Assembly (NCBI GenBank): GCA_016189905.1
Contig: JACPRP010000118.1
Location: 11,478 to 75,477 of the forward strand
Origin: Chloroflexota bacterium
Lineage (GTDB): Bacteria > Chloroflexota > UBA6077 > FW602-bin22 > JACPRP01
Length of the DNA: 64,000 nucleotides
Direction: 5' to 3'
A program made the position numbers and the translations under genes. Below the pieces are notes generated by a model, which ran no database searches, was not told the origin of the DNA, and worked only from the letters and a program-made list of their open reading frames with translations. This document shows, in pieces, positions 17,234 through 26,566 of the stretch. Every line of letters starts with the position of its first letter. Position 1 is the first letter of the stretch.

Positions 17234-18253
17234 ATGAGTGTGAAAGTAGGAATCAACGGACTGGGAAGGATCGGCTCTCTGGTCTTGCGTTCGATTCTGG
17301 GGGTTCGCGATCTTGAGGTCGTCGCCGTCAACGATTTGACCAAGCCGGATACCCTCGCCTATCTGTTTCAGTTCAACTCTGTTCACGGCACCTATCGAGG
17401 GCACGTCGATTCGACCCAGAGCTCGTTGATAATCAACGGCAAGCAGATACGCGTCTTCGCCGAGCGCGACCCTGCGAAGATCCCCTGGCGCGATTCCGGG
17501 GTAGAGATCGTCGTCGAGTCCACTGGACGTTTCGAGAATCAGCAGGACGCGTCGAAACACCTGGCCGGCGGGGTGCGGAAGGTGATCATCACAGCGCCGG
17601 CCAAAGGAGTCGAGCGCACCCTGGTGCTGGGCGTGAACGAGGACACTTACGATCCGGGCAAGCACGACGTGGTTGCGATGGGCTCTTGTACCACCTATGC
17701 GCTGGCGCCCGTGGCGAAGGTGCTGAACGAGCGCTTTGGCATAGTGTATGGTTTCATCAACACGGCGCATGCGTACACCAATACGCAGGCTCTCCTGGAC
17801 AAGCCAGTCGACGGCAAGCGCCGGAGCCGTGCGGCCGCCGTGAATATCGTGCCAACTACGACGGGGGCAGCGAAGGCCATCGGACTGGTCATTCCGGAGC
17901 TCGAAGGCAGAATGGACGGCTGCGCCATTCGCGTTCCTGTGCCGGATGGCTCCATCGTCGATCTCACCTGCGTGCTGAACAGAGATGTGACCGTCGAGGA
18001 GGTCAATCAGGCTTTCCGCGAAGCCGCGCAAAGCGAGCGGCTTCGCAAGTACCTAACCGCCTCTGACAAAGAGCTTGTGTCGAGCGATATCATCGGGACC
18101 AGCCATTCGTCGATAGTGGATACTACCTTGACGATGGCCAAGGGGAACCTGGTGAAGGTGTTTGCCTGGTATGACAACGAATGGTCGTTTTCGATGCGGG
18201 TGGCCGATCTAACCGCTTACATCGCTAAACGCCTGCCTATACCAGCGAAGTAG
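17234..18253 (+). CDS. gap: Type I glyceraldehyde-3-phosphate dehydrogenase (divergent paralog)
   Basis: GINGLGRIG, VESTG, SCTT, HAYT..Q, PTTTGAAKA, RVP, WYDNE. Confidence 0.93.
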   Translation: MSVKVGINGLGRIGSLVLRSILGVRDLEVVAVNDLTKPDTLAYLFQFNSVHGTYRGHVDSTQSSLIINGKQIRVFAERDPAKIPWRDSGVEIVVESTGRFENQQDASKHLAGGVRKVIITAPAKGVERTLVLGVNEDTYDPGKHDVVAMGSCTTYALAPVAKVLNERFGIVYGFINTAHAYTNTQALLDKPVDGKRRSRAAAVNIVPTTTGAAKAIGLVIPELEGRMDGCAIRVPVPDGSIVDLTCVLNRDVTVEEVNQAFREAAQSERLRKYLTASDKELVSSDIIGTSHSSIVDTTLTMAKGNLVKVFAWYDNEWSFSMRVADLTAYIAKRLPIPAK

Positions 18254-18329
18254 CCGTCACTAGCACGAGCGCGTCGATCGTAGCGCGACACCTGCCCATA
18301 AGTGTTCTGAGAGCAAAGCCCCCAGTCGG

Positions 18330-18620
18330 TAGAGGGCCCACGCCTCAGGAGCACCAGGGAGGCATGGGGGCAGGGAATGTAGCCGCTCCGCCCGGCGGAG
18401 CGCGGGACTGTTAGAGTTCCGAGATGTGGGTAACGCCCGGTCGCTAGAACGGTTTGCGATGACCTTTGTCAGGCAAGGTAGGGGCCGGTTTGAAACCCGC
18501 CCTTGCGGACCATCTCGGTCGCTGGACGAACGATAGCGCAAAACGCCGTAGAGGCAAAGCACTCGCGCCTTCACCGTACGTAAATCCCTCTGAATACGGC
18601 GCGAATGCCTTGCCCTTCCA
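18330..18620. repeat. Cluster of REP-like palindromes between convergent genes
   Basis: GAATGTAGCCGC (also at ~13028), GTAGGGGCCGGTTTGAAACCCGCCC, and a ~70-bp GTAGAGGCAAAGCAC..GAATGCCTTGCCC element also found at 48846. Confidence 0.65.
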
Positions 18621-18630
18621 AGGAGGCCCA

Positions 18631-19803
18631 TCAAGACTTCACCACGAGCTTCTTTATCCCCTGCTCCAGTCCCTGGATGCTGAGCGTGTACATTGGGAAA
18701 ATACGGCGGATCAATTCGACCGTGGGGTGAGCCCAGTTGCCTTCGGCTTCTGGATTCAGCCAGATGCAGTGGGTGAAATGGTCGGCGATCCTCTTGAGCC
18801 AGATGGCGCCGGGCGTATCGTTGGTCTCCCAGTAGTCGATGGCGCCGTTAATCATAGTGAGCTCGGTGGGCGACATCGTCGCGTCTCCTACCAGGATGGT
18901 CTTGTAATCGGCGTCGAACGTCCTCAGAACGTGCTCTGTGCTGACCATTTCGCACCGCTCGATATCAGTGTAGAGGTTGCCGTAAATGCTGTTGTGAAAG
19001 TAGAAGTACTTGAAATCCTTGAAATGTGTTGCCGCGTTCGCCGCCGTGAACAAGATGCTGCACAGGTGCGCGTATGGGTCCATGGATCCACCGGCATCCA
19101 TCAATAAGAGGAGCTTGACGTTGTTCCGACGCTCGGCCGCCCAGATGAACTCCAGCTCCCCCGCGTTCTTGCAGGTCGCGTCGATCGTGGCCGGCAGATC
19201 TAGCTCGTCCTCTGGGCCGACCCGGCTAAGCTGGCGCAGTTGCTTCAGCGCCAGTCCTATTTGCCGCGTGTCGAGGACCAGGTCTGAGCGGTAGTTCTTG
19301 AAGTGCCGTTCAGCGGCGACCTGTACGGCCGAGCGCCCCCACGATGTTCCTCCGATCCGGATGCCGGCCGGATTCTGCCCGGAATGGCCAAATGGAGATG
19401 TCCCTCCCGTGCCGACCCACTTGCTCCCGCCGTCGTGCTTCTCCTTCTGCTCCCGCAGCCGCTCCTCCAGGGTCTTCAACAGATCCTCGAAGTTCATTTT
19501 CTCCAGTTGGGCAAGCTCTTCCGGTGAAAGACGGAGACTATGAATAGGGTCTCGCAGCCAGTTCAGAATCTGCTCGGTTATTTCCTCGGACGTCCCGATC
19601 CCGCTAAAGCATTCCTTGAACGCCACATCGTACTGATCGAAATGCGTCTCGCTCTTCACTAGGATCGCCCGCGCAAGGTAATAGAACGTCGTCAGATCGG
19701 AAAAAGTGAGACCTTTGGAAAGCGCTTCCATCAGCGTCATCCATTCGGTCAAGGATACCGGCACTTTGTGCCGCTTCAACGTAAAGAAGAAACTTGTGAA
19801 CAT
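18631..19803 (-). CDS. VWA domain protein (CoxE-like), MoxR partner
   Basis: MIDAS DAGGSM, YFHNSIY, VGDATM, WLNP; H.GGSKWVGTGGTSPFG motif. Confidence 0.88.
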   Translation of the reverse strand: MFTSFFFTLKRHKVPVSLTEWMTLMEALSKGLTFSDLTTFYYLARAILVKSETHFDQYDVAFKECFSGIGTSEEITEQILNWLRDPIHSLRLSPEELAQLEKMNFEDLLKTLEERLREQKEKHDGGSKWVGTGGTSPFGHSGQNPAGIRIGGTSWGRSAVQVAAERHFKNYRSDLVLDTRQIGLALKQLRQLSRVGPEDELDLPATIDATCKNAGELEFIWAAERRNNVKLLLLMDAGGSMDPYAHLCSILFTAANAATHFKDFKYFYFHNSIYGNLYTDIERCEMVSTEHVLRTFDADYKTILVGDATMSPTELTMINGAIDYWETNDTPGAIWLKRIADHFTHCIWLNPEAEGNWAHPTVELIRRIFPMYTLSIQGLEQGIKKLVVKS

Positions 19804-19821
19804 CTGCCCGTCCGATTTCGA

Positions 19822-20673
19822 CTAATAATAACGGCGATAGATGTTTGGCGTCGACTTGTTGCGTTTCCCCTGCAACACATCCAGGTCCTGTTCTTTCTTG
19901 ATCAGCGCGCCGAGGAACGGCACCTCTTTCTCGATCGCGTTGTGGTCGATCCCCCCAACGATCAAAGCCTGAAGCCAGTCGAGAAGCTCGCTTGTCGAGG
20001 GCTTCTTGCGGAAGTCGTCGATCTTGCGGAGCGCGTAGAACTTGGTGAGGGCTGCTTGTAACAGCTCGCTGCCGATGTTTGGAAAATGGACCTTGACGAT
20101 CCTTTCCATCATCTCCTGGTCGGGAAACTCGATATAATGGAAAACGCACCGCCGCAGGAAGGCGTCAGGCAGTTCCTTTTCAGAGTTGCTCGTGATAATC
20201 ACGATGGGGCGATGCTTGGCGACGACTTTGTCGCCGGTTTCGATGACCGTGAAGGCCATCTCGTCAAGCTCGTTGAGCAGGTCATTGGGAAACTCCAGAT
20301 CGGCTTTGTCGATCTCGTCGATCAGAAGCACGACCTGCTCCGCCGAGGCGAAAGCGCGGCCGAGTGGCCCCAGCTTGATGTACTGGCGGATATTCGACAC
20401 ATCTCTATCGCCGAACCGGCTATCGTTCAGCCGCTGGACGGTGTCGTATACGTACAGCCCGTCCTGCGCCTTGCTCGTGGATTTGACGTTCCAGATTATG
20501 AGCTCTTTGGTCAGACCCAGCGCTATGTTGTGGGCCAGAAGCGTCTTGCCTGTGCCAGGCTCGCCCTTGATGAGGAGTGGACGACCAAGCGCGATGGCCG
20601 CGTTGACCGTGCTGCGTAGAGAATCCGAGACAATATACTTATGTGTTCCTTGAAACTTATCGAAATCATTCAC
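19822..20673 (-). CDS. MoxR-family AAA+ ATPase (CoxD-like)
   Basis: GEPGTGKT, LLIDEIDKAD, ITSNSEKELPDAFLRRC, KKPSTSELLDW. Confidence 0.93.
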   Translation of the reverse strand: MNDFDKFQGTHKYIVSDSLRSTVNAAIALGRPLLIKGEPGTGKTLLAHNIALGLTKELIIWNVKSTSKAQDGLYVYDTVQRLNDSRFGDRDVSNIRQYIKLGPLGRAFASAEQVVLLIDEIDKADLEFPNDLLNELDEMAFTVIETGDKVVAKHRPIVIITSNSEKELPDAFLRRCVFHYIEFPDQEMMERIVKVHFPNIGSELLQAALTKFYALRKIDDFRKKPSTSELLDWLQALIVGGIDHNAIEKEVPFLGALIKKEQDLDVLQGKRNKSTPNIYRRYY

Positions 20674-20676
20674 GTT

Positions 20677-21177
20677 CTATATCTGATCTCCCAGAAGCCT
20701 GTATTTGTTGCGAAGTCTAGCCACAGGCGTCTTGCCCTCGTCTACGTGCAGAGCCAGCACCTCGCCGACGAAAAGCGTACGATCGCCCATTTCGAGGGCG
20801 TTAATGAGCTTGCACTCCATATTGATCGCGCATCCGTCGATCAGCGGGGATTCTACTTTGGTTCCCTGTCTGATCGGGATATCGTTCTCGACGAACTTAT
20901 CGCCGTTCCGACCCGACGTTTTCCCTACCTTGGCTGCCAGCTCTGTCTGGTCAGTGGCGGTCACGTTCAGTACGAACTCTCCTGCCTGCTTGATTAGATC
21001 GTGGCTGAACCTGGAAGACGCGACGGCGACGGCGACGATGGACGGCTTCGCCGAGATGCTCATGAATCTTGTGGCGCTCATCACGTTCCGTTGCCCATTC
21101 GTCGCAACGCTGACCATTACCACGGATGTTGGAAAATAGTCCAGTACTTTGTTGACTTCGATTTCGGTGGTAGCCAT
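20677..21177 (-). CDS. Flavin reductase-like family protein (DIM6/NTAB)
   Basis: GEFVLNV, GKTSGR..DKF, PLI..C..NMEC, GDRTLFVGEV; RBS AGGAG before MATTE. Confidence 0.88.
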   Translation of the reverse strand: MATTEIEVNKVLDYFPTSVVMVSVATNGQRNVMSATRFMSISAKPSIVAVAVASSRFSHDLIKQAGEFVLNVTATDQTELAAKVGKTSGRNGDKFVENDIPIRQGTKVESPLIDGCAINMECKLINALEMGDRTLFVGEVLALHVDEGKTPVARLRNKYRLLGDQI

Positions 21178-21353
21178 TTCCTTTTCTCCTCGCCTATTTT
21201 TTTGGAATGTGTTCCGCCTTGCAAGGCAACGTTTCACCGCTCGTTGGCTGCGGGGTTGTTCTGCGCGCTCTGGCCCGCTATCGTCACCTGCTATTCTAGG
21301 CCTGGCGGTTCCCGCTGTCAATATTTCTTGAGACCGGCTGGGTGCTTTCTCGA

Positions 21354-22610
21354 TCAGTATGGTTGTTCGGAGCTGATGAGGATGTCTCCTGACGCGCTCG
21401 TCAGCACAAGGAGCATCGTGCCCTGGTTGATCACGCCGCGCCAGCGGCCGTCGCTCTTGTTCGCGTCCTCGAACTCGAACGGCGGGTCGATGGTTATCTT
21501 GCCCTTCGTCGAGGCGTCCAGACGCAGAGCGCTTTCTTTGACGATGAACACCGAGATGTTGCCTGAAGATGTCTTGATGGTGTGCTGGCCCTCTGTTGGC
21601 AGGGCGCCGTAGAAGACCACGTTGCCTGTTCCGCCGGCGATGCTCACGCCAACGGCCGCAACCTCGGTGAGATTCACGGCCCCTTTCTGCGTCTTGATGT
21701 TGAAGCTTCCTTGCACCTGATCCAGCGCCACTGTTCCGCTTGAGGTTGTCGCCTCCAGCGTGTCCGCGGCGACGCGGAACAGGTTTATCAAGCCCTGTTG
21801 TGTCTCCAGGATAGCCTGCTTTGCGCTGCTTTCATTGATTCTTATCTGCCCATCGGGGGCTAGCACCGTTAGCGTTTGGGCGCGGAAGCGGGTCAGCGTG
21901 AGGTCGCCGTTTTGAATGCGGAACGTCGCGTCCATCTCAGCGCCGGAATCCTTCACCACCGTGTTGGCGCCGGTGACCACGGACATCGACGCGCCGGTAA
22001 CCCTGTCCAGTTGGACTGCCGCCTTGCCCGACTGGATTGTTGTTTTGCCGATGGCGTCGACGATCTGTACGCTGCCGGCTTCGCTGCGAATGGTGATCGC
22101 TCCGCGGATGTCCCTAAATGCGAGTGTGAGATTCTGGCCGTTGATATCGATGTCGCCTCTAATCCCTCCGATGGTTATGTTGCCACTACCTTTAGCGACC
22201 TTGACCGACGTATCGGGCGGGGCAGTGATCTTGTAATCCGCCTGTCGCCCCGACTTTGCACCGCCGGGAAGCTCAAACGAGATTGCCCGGTCTTTCATCT
22301 GAGGCTCGGCGCTGAACGATTCCAGGTCGCGCTGGGCGGATTCCTTGTCGACGCCAAAGGCTCGTTTCGTGACGACCACACTGACCTGTTTCGTCGGAGC
22401 CGTGAAGATGGTGATGTTGCCGTTCAGTTCGGCGAACTCCAGAATCGCGGAATCGCCCACATCAAGCGTGTATTGTTTTGCCTGGCTTGCGGGCACATCC
22501 CCGATCGGCGCGATACTCTCCTGCTGCGGGCTGGGCGAAGCGAGCAATTGCCACAGCGTAAGCCCCGCGATCACCGCCAGACCGATTAGCAGAGAACGTC
22601 TCCTTACCAC
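21354..22610 (-). CDS. DUF4097 beta-strand-repeat (adhesin-like) membrane-anchored protein; start uncertain (22610-22625)
   Basis: N-terminal TM segment; repeated T.SG.I beta-strand units. Confidence 0.78.
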   Translation of the reverse strand: MVRRRSLLIGLAVIAGLTLWQLLASPSPQQESIAPIGDVPASQAKQYTLDVGDSAILEFAELNGNITIFTAPTKQVSVVVTKRAFGVDKESAQRDLESFSAEPQMKDRAISFELPGGAKSGRQADYKITAPPDTSVKVAKGSGNITIGGIRGDIDINGQNLTLAFRDIRGAITIRSEAGSVQIVDAIGKTTIQSGKAAVQLDRVTGASMSVVTGANTVVKDSGAEMDATFRIQNGDLTLTRFRAQTLTVLAPDGQIRINESSAKQAILETQQGLINLFRVAADTLEATTSSGTVALDQVQGSFNIKTQKGAVNLTEVAAVGVSIAGGTGNVVFYGALPTEGQHTIKTSSGNISVFIVKESALRLDASTKGKITIDPPFEFEDANKSDGRWRGVINQGTMLLVLTSASGDILISSEQPY

Positions 22611-22634
22611 GAATCCCTCCATCACAATTTATGC

Positions 22635-22651
22635 AGCATAAAGGATGCCAA
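22635..22651 (-). promoter_or_regulatory. Sigma54-like promoter for the DUF4097 gene
   Basis: Minus strand TTGGCATCCTTTATGCT (GG-N10-GC). Confidence 0.55.
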
Positions 22652-22762
22652 AAGCCCCCGCCTCCCTCCTCCAGCCTCGCGTCCTTCCACAGAAGGAGAA
22701 GCGTGGACGATCTATCTAGCACCCTTTCCCTCACAGGATTTCGCACGGCTTAAATGCCAGTC

Positions 22763-22805
22763 GGGTGAGACCGACGCGGTTTTCGAAACCGCGTCGGTCT
22801 CACCC
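22763..22805. repeat. Perfect 20-bp inverted repeat (AGACCGACGCGG family)
   Basis: GGGTGAGACCGACGCGGTTT-tcg-AAACCGCGTCGGTCTCACCC; relatives at 29667, 42433 and 49016. Confidence 0.85.
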
Positions 22806-22883
22806 ACACCGTTTGCGAATAGATCCACGGGAGAGACTATAAGACCGCCCGAGCGAAACCGCTTTCCTGATCCATGACGGGAA

Positions 22884-22900
22884 GGGGCACGAGATTTGCT
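22884..22900 (+). promoter_or_regulatory. Sigma54-like promoter for NDH-2
   Basis: GGGGCACGAGATTTGCT (GG-N10-GC); predicted start site about 33 nt before the ATG. Confidence 0.6.
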
Positions 22901-22943
22901 ATATAGATTCCGAGTCGAGCACATTCTGGAGGAAGGATCAACG

Positions 22944-24341
22944 ATGGCAGGACGTTTGATTAGAGGATTGCTGTTGGCGCTCGGCATTGCCTGGCTATAC
23001 TTCTTGACAAGCCGAACACAGCGGTTCAACAGGGCGAAGGTGGCCCGTTGGTATCGTACGCGACCCGAGGTGCCAAAGCGTCGCATCGTCGTTCTTGGGG
23101 CAGGATTCGGAGGCCTCTATACGACGATGCATCTGGCTGACGCGCTGCGCGCCGATCCACGGGTGGAGATAACGCTAGTGGATCGGAACAATTTCCACCT
23201 CTTCACGCCGCTCCTGACTACAGTGGCCGGCGGACTGGTGGATTCACAGCACGTTGCCTACCCCGTGCGGCGATTGGAACGGACTAACACGTTTCTTTTC
23301 CGCGAGAGCAACGTGATCGGAATCGACCTGGACAAGAAAATGGTGCGACTGGAAGATGGCCATCTGACTTACGATTATCTCGTGTTCGCTCTTGGTAGCG
23401 TCACCAACTTCTTCGGCATGAAGAACGTGGAGCGGCTGGCGTTTCCGTTCAAGAACTTGCGGGACGCGGTGCGAGTGCGGAATGAGGTTATCTCCAGATT
23501 CGAAGAAGCGATATGGGAAAGCGATCCTGCTCGCAGGCGACAGCTTCTGACCTTCGTTTTTTGCGGCGGCGGTGCGACAGGTGTGGAGTTGGCAGCTGCC
23601 GTCCACGATTTTATCTTTGAGAGCTTGATCGAGGAGCATCCCGGAGTTGAAAGGAATGAGGTGCGCCTGGTCCTGGTGGAAGCTCACCGACGCCTTCTTC
23701 CTACTCACGATCCCTACCTTTCGATTGTGACTCACAACAAGCTGTTATCGAAAGGCGTTGACGTTCGTCTGGGGACCAGGATAGCGAGCCCCATAGAGGA
23801 CGATTCTGGAAGGCTGACGGCGGTTGAAACCCATACGGGAGAGATCATTCCGACCCGCACCCTCATCTGGACGGCGGGCATCGAAGTTAGTGACGTAATT
23901 TCGACCCTGCCGGTGCAAAAAGGTAGAGGGGGCGCGATCATGGTCGATGAATATCTGGGCGTGCCGGGATATCAAGGCGTGTACGCCCTGGGGGATAATG
24001 CCGCGGCTCGCGATCCCAGAACAGGGGTCGCACTATCGCCAGACGCAAAAGTGGCCGTGCAGTTGGCGCGATGGGTAGCTAAGAACATCGTGAACGAAAT
24101 GAACGGCAGGCCCAGGGTCCAGTTCAAGTACGAGCATATGGGCGACCTGGTTCTGTTGGGGACGAACGCGGCGGTCGCGGACATCAAAGGGGTTAAGCTG
24201 TCGGGGCTCCCGGCGTTTCTGCTCTGGCGGTCCTTCTACTTCTGGCGCCTTCTTGGCTTCGAGAGCAAGGCCAGGATTGCCTGGGATTATCTCTACGGCC
24301 TCCTGGCCGAGCGCGACACCGCCAAAACGGAAGTCGCCTGA
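22944..24341 (+). CDS. ndh: Type II NADH:quinone oxidoreductase-like flavoprotein with an N-terminal TM anchor
   Basis: VVLGAGFGG, FTPLL, YDYLVFALGS, GGGATGVELA, WTAG, YALGD. Confidence 0.85.
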   Translation: MAGRLIRGLLLALGIAWLYFLTSRTQRFNRAKVARWYRTRPEVPKRRIVVLGAGFGGLYTTMHLADALRADPRVEITLVDRNNFHLFTPLLTTVAGGLVDSQHVAYPVRRLERTNTFLFRESNVIGIDLDKKMVRLEDGHLTYDYLVFALGSVTNFFGMKNVERLAFPFKNLRDAVRVRNEVISRFEEAIWESDPARRRQLLTFVFCGGGATGVELAAAVHDFIFESLIEEHPGVERNEVRLVLVEAHRRLLPTHDPYLSIVTHNKLLSKGVDVRLGTRIASPIEDDSGRLTAVETHTGEIIPTRTLIWTAGIEVSDVISTLPVQKGRGGAIMVDEYLGVPGYQGVYALGDNAAARDPRTGVALSPDAKVAVQLARWVAKNIVNEMNGRPRVQFKYEHMGDLVLLGTNAAVADIKGVKLSGLPAFLLWRSFYFWRLLGFESKARIAWDYLYGLLAERDTAKTEVA

Positions 24342-24472
24342 GTACTTCGCAACAGGCTCACCCGCCTTCCGCGGAAGGACAGACAACCCCAATAGATTCT
24401 TTGCGCCCTTTGCGGTGAAATCATCTGCCGCAATTATTACAACGTACTTTGCTCGCTCGACTGGCGCGTGGC

Positions 24473-25219
24473 TTATTGACCCCCGGGCTGCTCTGCGGAT
24501 TTGAGAACCTTTATCTCGGCCTCGACCCTGGCTAGTTCCGAATACTCTTCGTTGCTGAGCCGATAACAGCGGTCGATGTACAGGGCGGCGAGCCTCGTGC
24601 CTTTTTCCCCCGGGATTTGAGCCGCCTCGATCAGCTCGTCGATCTTGTACTTCTCGGGAAGCAATTGCCCGAGCGCCCGCATTTCGCGAACGGTTTCCCG
24701 AATCAGGCCAGTATCGTTGCCCCCCATTGCGTATCGTAGCTTGCCGGTTAGTTTGGCGATCTCACCCAGTCTGTCAGGTTCGCTCATCAAGCTAAAAAGC
24801 ACATCCTGAACGGAAAGCTCATCCTGCGCTTTGGTAGGTTGAGAACGCTGGGTATATAACTGGCCGTACTCACGAGCGGCTTGGTTGACCGCCAGCATAA
24901 CGGTGTCGGGGCGTGAAGTATCCGCGGTGCCAGCGAAGACAAGATCGTCATCTCTCATCTCGGTCAGATCTCTCAGCCACTCGTAGCTGTCAACGGGCTC
25001 GGGGATGGGCGGGATGGCGACAAATGGCAGGTTGGCCGTATCGGGGTCCGTCGCCTTCGCGGCGAACATCGGCGGGATGTACTTGGACAAATCCAGCCGA
25101 ATAGGTGGCACCACGACATACGTCGCCAGTATGGTCGTGTAGGCGCTGGCGCTCCTGAAGTATACCAGCGCATGTCCCTTGGGCAACGTCTGGCTGCCGA
25201 TCTCAAACACCAATCCCAT
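24473..25219 (-). CDS. Conserved hypothetical protein, probably leaderless
   Basis: PKGHALVYFR..ATYVVV.PI..D.SKYIPP..; TATAAT lies 7 nt before the ATG. Confidence 0.75.
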   Translation of the reverse strand: MGLVFEIGSQTLPKGHALVYFRSASAYTTILATYVVVPPIRLDLSKYIPPMFAAKATDPDTANLPFVAIPPIPEPVDSYEWLRDLTEMRDDDLVFAGTADTSRPDTVMLAVNQAAREYGQLYTQRSQPTKAQDELSVQDVLFSLMSEPDRLGEIAKLTGKLRYAMGGNDTGLIRETVREMRALGQLLPEKYKIDELIEAAQIPGEKGTRLAALYIDRCYRLSNEEYSELARVEAEIKVLKSAEQPGGQ

Positions 25220-25226
25220 AGCGTCA

Positions 25227-25254
25227 ATTATACAAGACACACAGCCGAATTCAA
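25227..25254 (-). promoter_or_regulatory. Sigma70 promoter predicting a leaderless transcript
   Basis: TTGAAT-N16-TATAAT-N7-ATG with no SD sequence. Confidence 0.65.
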
Positions 25255-25273
25255 AACGATAATATTCAAACGT

Positions 25274-26422
25274 TTACCAGCTTGGCTCTATGCAGATAGT
25301 ACCGAACTTCTTGCACCCGTCGATAGCGCCGCGGATGAAGGCCCAGTTCGTTAGGTACCGAATCTTGCACCACGTCGGGAAGCGACTCGCCGGCCTCAGC
25401 TTGAGACAGGGAGCAAAATACAGGCCCGCCGAAGCAGCCGCCGTGACTGCGCTGGCGAGGGATAACGGCAGCAGCGCGGGAAAGATAGGTGCCAGGGTAC
25501 CACTGGTAATAGCGATTGCCAACGATAAGTGCATCAGATGGAACGCTCCAATGTGTACGATTCCTTTAACTGGAGACGGAAGCTTCAGGGAAACGGGCTT
25601 CTCGAATTGCAGCAGAATCTCGAGTTGGTCGGCGGCATGTTTGTCGATCAGCAGGGGATGCCCGAATCCGTAGCCGTACCACTGCTTGAGATAGTTCTCC
25701 AGCGAAACCCGATGCATGTGCCTGACCACAGCCGACTTGGCGAAGTAGAGCCGGTAGCCTCTCTGGAGGATGCGGAGCGAGAAATCGACGTCTTCGCCGG
25801 TCGGCTCGGCCCAGAACTCGCCGCCGATCTCGTCGATGATCGACTTGCGGAAGGCGACGTTGGCCGTGGCGAAGAAAGGCGAGTAGTTTCCGCCATTAAC
25901 TTCGTGGGGGGCCCTGTCGGTCAGGCCAGGGAAGTAGCCGTTTTCGGCAATGCCGCATCGCCCGCTGACGCTTAAGAATCCGGTTTGTTCGCAGTAAGCC
26001 TCGGTGATGTTGGTGGCCTCCGTGCGAAGTGTCAACACCTCGCCGCCGACGCCGCCGATCAAGGGATCAGCCTCGAACGGCCTGATGATCTCGTCGATCC
26101 AGGCTGGGTTTGGTGCGCAATCGCCGTCGGTGAACAGGACAAATTCGCCGGTGGCAACCTTCAGCGCCGCGTTGCGAGCGTGGCCCGGTGAGCTACAGTT
26201 AGGCACCTCGACGAGCTTGATGAAGTCAAGCTTTCCAATCCATTGCTCGACGATCTGCAGTGTCCTGTCGGTGCTGCCGCCGTCGGCGATGATGATCTCC
26301 TGGCATTCTTTTGGATAGTCGATGCCTTTGAGATACTCGATGGTCGTATCGATCGTCCGCTCGGCGTTGCGCACCGGGATGATGATTGAGACCCTCGGCT
26401 TGTTGTTTCTTAAGCTTTCCAT
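25274..26422 (-). CDS. Glycosyltransferase family 2
   Basis: SIIIPVRN, DGGSTD, ARN, FTDGDC, GEDVDF, QW.GYG; C-terminal TM segments. Confidence 0.9.
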   Translation of the reverse strand: MESLRNNKPRVSIIIPVRNAERTIDTTIEYLKGIDYPKECQEIIIADGGSTDRTLQIVEQWIGKLDFIKLVEVPNCSSPGHARNAALKVATGEFVLFTDGDCAPNPAWIDEIIRPFEADPLIGGVGGEVLTLRTEATNITEAYCEQTGFLSVSGRCGIAENGYFPGLTDRAPHEVNGGNYSPFFATANVAFRKSIIDEIGGEFWAEPTGEDVDFSLRILQRGYRLYFAKSAVVRHMHRVSLENYLKQWYGYGFGHPLLIDKHAADQLEILLQFEKPVSLKLPSPVKGIVHIGAFHLMHLSLAIAITSGTLAPIFPALLPLSLASAVTAAASAGLYFAPCLKLRPASRFPTWCKIRYLTNWAFIRGAIDGCKKFGTICIEPSW

Positions 26423-26469
26423 CGTGCGTCCATTCCCCCCAAGTTGTCTCCATAAAGTACTTAACATAA

Positions 26470-26547
26470 ATAGTAAGAAGTGGGAAAGTTTTTGTCAAAT
26501 CAAGCTATTGATTTGGCCATTCTCTCGTGTTATGCTTGCAGATGCAA
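26470..26547. promoter_or_regulatory. Divergent sigma70 promoters plus a palindromic operator
   Basis: Minus strand TTGACA-N17-TACTAT (26498-26470); plus strand TTGATT-N17-TATGCT (26508-26536) overlapping TTGCAGATGCAA (26536-26547). Confidence 0.55.
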
Positions 26548-26566
26548 ATTATCAAGGAGGTCGGCA

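Noticed and set aside
17150-18031. Long antisense ORFs (for example 293 aa opposite gap, 308 aa opposite Bug copy 1)
   Set aside because: These are shadow ORFs expected from high-GC codon bias on the strand opposite well-supported genes.
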